Assembly (NCBI GenBank): GCA_009103225.1
Contig: RHPI01002112.1
Span: forward strand, 72,449-136,448
DNA: 64,000 bases
Direction: 5' to 3'
DNA from: Chlorokybus atmophyticus
Lineage: Eukaryota > Plantae > Mesostigma and Chlorokybus algae
The notes under the pieces were generated by a model, which worked only from the letters and a program-made list of their open reading frames with translations, did no database searches and was not told the DNA's origin. Shown one piece after another: positions 63,301-64,000 of this stretch (position 1 is its first letter; each line of letters starts with the position of its first letter). A program made the translations under genes and the position numbers.

Positions 63301-64000
63301 GATCTTTATCAAGTCTGCTACCAATCACGGCACTCCGACATTAGCTACATTTGATGGTCACTCAGTGCCACTCAAATGGAGATTTGAGAGTCAACTTATG
63401 GGTACACCATGTACAGCATTGATTGATACTGGTGCAAACCATAACTTTGTTGAACATGCTTGGGTGAAACGTAATAACATTCCTTTCACACCAGTGACGT
63501 CATATGTACGTGCTGCTGGTTCCACTCTCAATGCAATGGGAGAGGTAAAAGGGCGTTTTGTTATTAATGGCCATATAACCCGACCAGCCTTCATCGTGGT
63601 GGATATTGGTATCCCCGGGGTGGATGTTGTTTTAGGGGAACAATGGCACACTGAAGCAGGTTTACAATTAGACTCTCGAGCCAATACGTGCACCCTTCGT
63701 AAAGGGAAACGTAGGATGACTTTAACAGCATCTGTACTCGCACGTATACCACGCGATAATGTTCCGCTCCTCTCTGCTATGCAATTGAAACGTTGCATGC
63801 GTAAACGTGAGGAAGTATACTTACTGCACTTACGACAGGTGGAAACACCTGCTGAACAGGCTATCAGTGACCCTGTGGTGCAGTCACTTACGGAACAATT
63901 CGCAGATGTATTTTAGGATGAACTCCCAGAGTTGCCTCCCGATCGAAACATACATCATACCATTCCGTTAGAGGAGGGGGCAAAGCCACCTTGGCGGCCT
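60318..64000 (+). mobile_element. Second copy of the same chromovirus (5' LTR, PBS, leader, gag, PR; runs off the window)
   Basis: LTR 60318-60852 is homologous to the copy 1 LTRs. PBS-like TGGTATCCAAGAGC at 60854-60867. gag has CSFCKQTGHGEATC and an internal TAG at 62493-62495. PR LIDTGANHNFV. Confidence 0.95.
60854..60867 (+). other. Primer-binding site variant (tRNA-iMet-like)
   Basis: TGGTATC-CA-AGAGC one base after the LTR end; the canonical plant iMet PBS is TGGTATCAGAGC. Confidence 0.65.

Noticed and set aside
1-64000. CRISPR arrays, tRNA or rRNA genes
   Set aside because: No regularly spaced repeat-spacer arrays, cloverleaf folds or rRNA-like sequence were recognised by eye

Overview
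Eukaryotic nuclear DNA, most likely from a green-lineage alga. This is inferred from plant-type ITPK1 and MED19, a vicilin-like bicupin, telo-boxes, a Tctex1 light chain and GC-rich exons with (CA/TG)n-rich spliceosomal introns. The left ~39 kb is gene-dense: a NUMOD3-repeat protein (-), an AT-rich island, a RING-H2 E3 ligase (-), ITPK1 (+), a secreted vicilin-like bicupin (+), a ~13.5 kb multi-exon ARM-repeat gene (-), Tctex1/DYNLT (+), MED19 (-) and RPL5 (+). The right ~24.5 kb is a transposon island. It holds a Penelope-like element with N-terminal GIY-YIG, a CxC linker, RT and 506-bp pseudo-LTRs (Chlamys/Naiad architecture), plus diverged repeats. A full-length decayed Ty3/Gypsy chromovirus (GCCAG TSD) sits in a 141-bp tandem repeat. 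Then come a long perfect hairpin preceding a gag relic, an intron-bearing decayed Crypton (tyrosine recombinase + GCR1_C), and a second copy of the same chromovirus inserted into the Crypton's 3' end. Both chromovirus copies share an in-frame TAG after gag and an extra domain resembling an N6-adenine methyltransferase between gag and protease. All family calls come from motif recognition by eye; no database searches were run.
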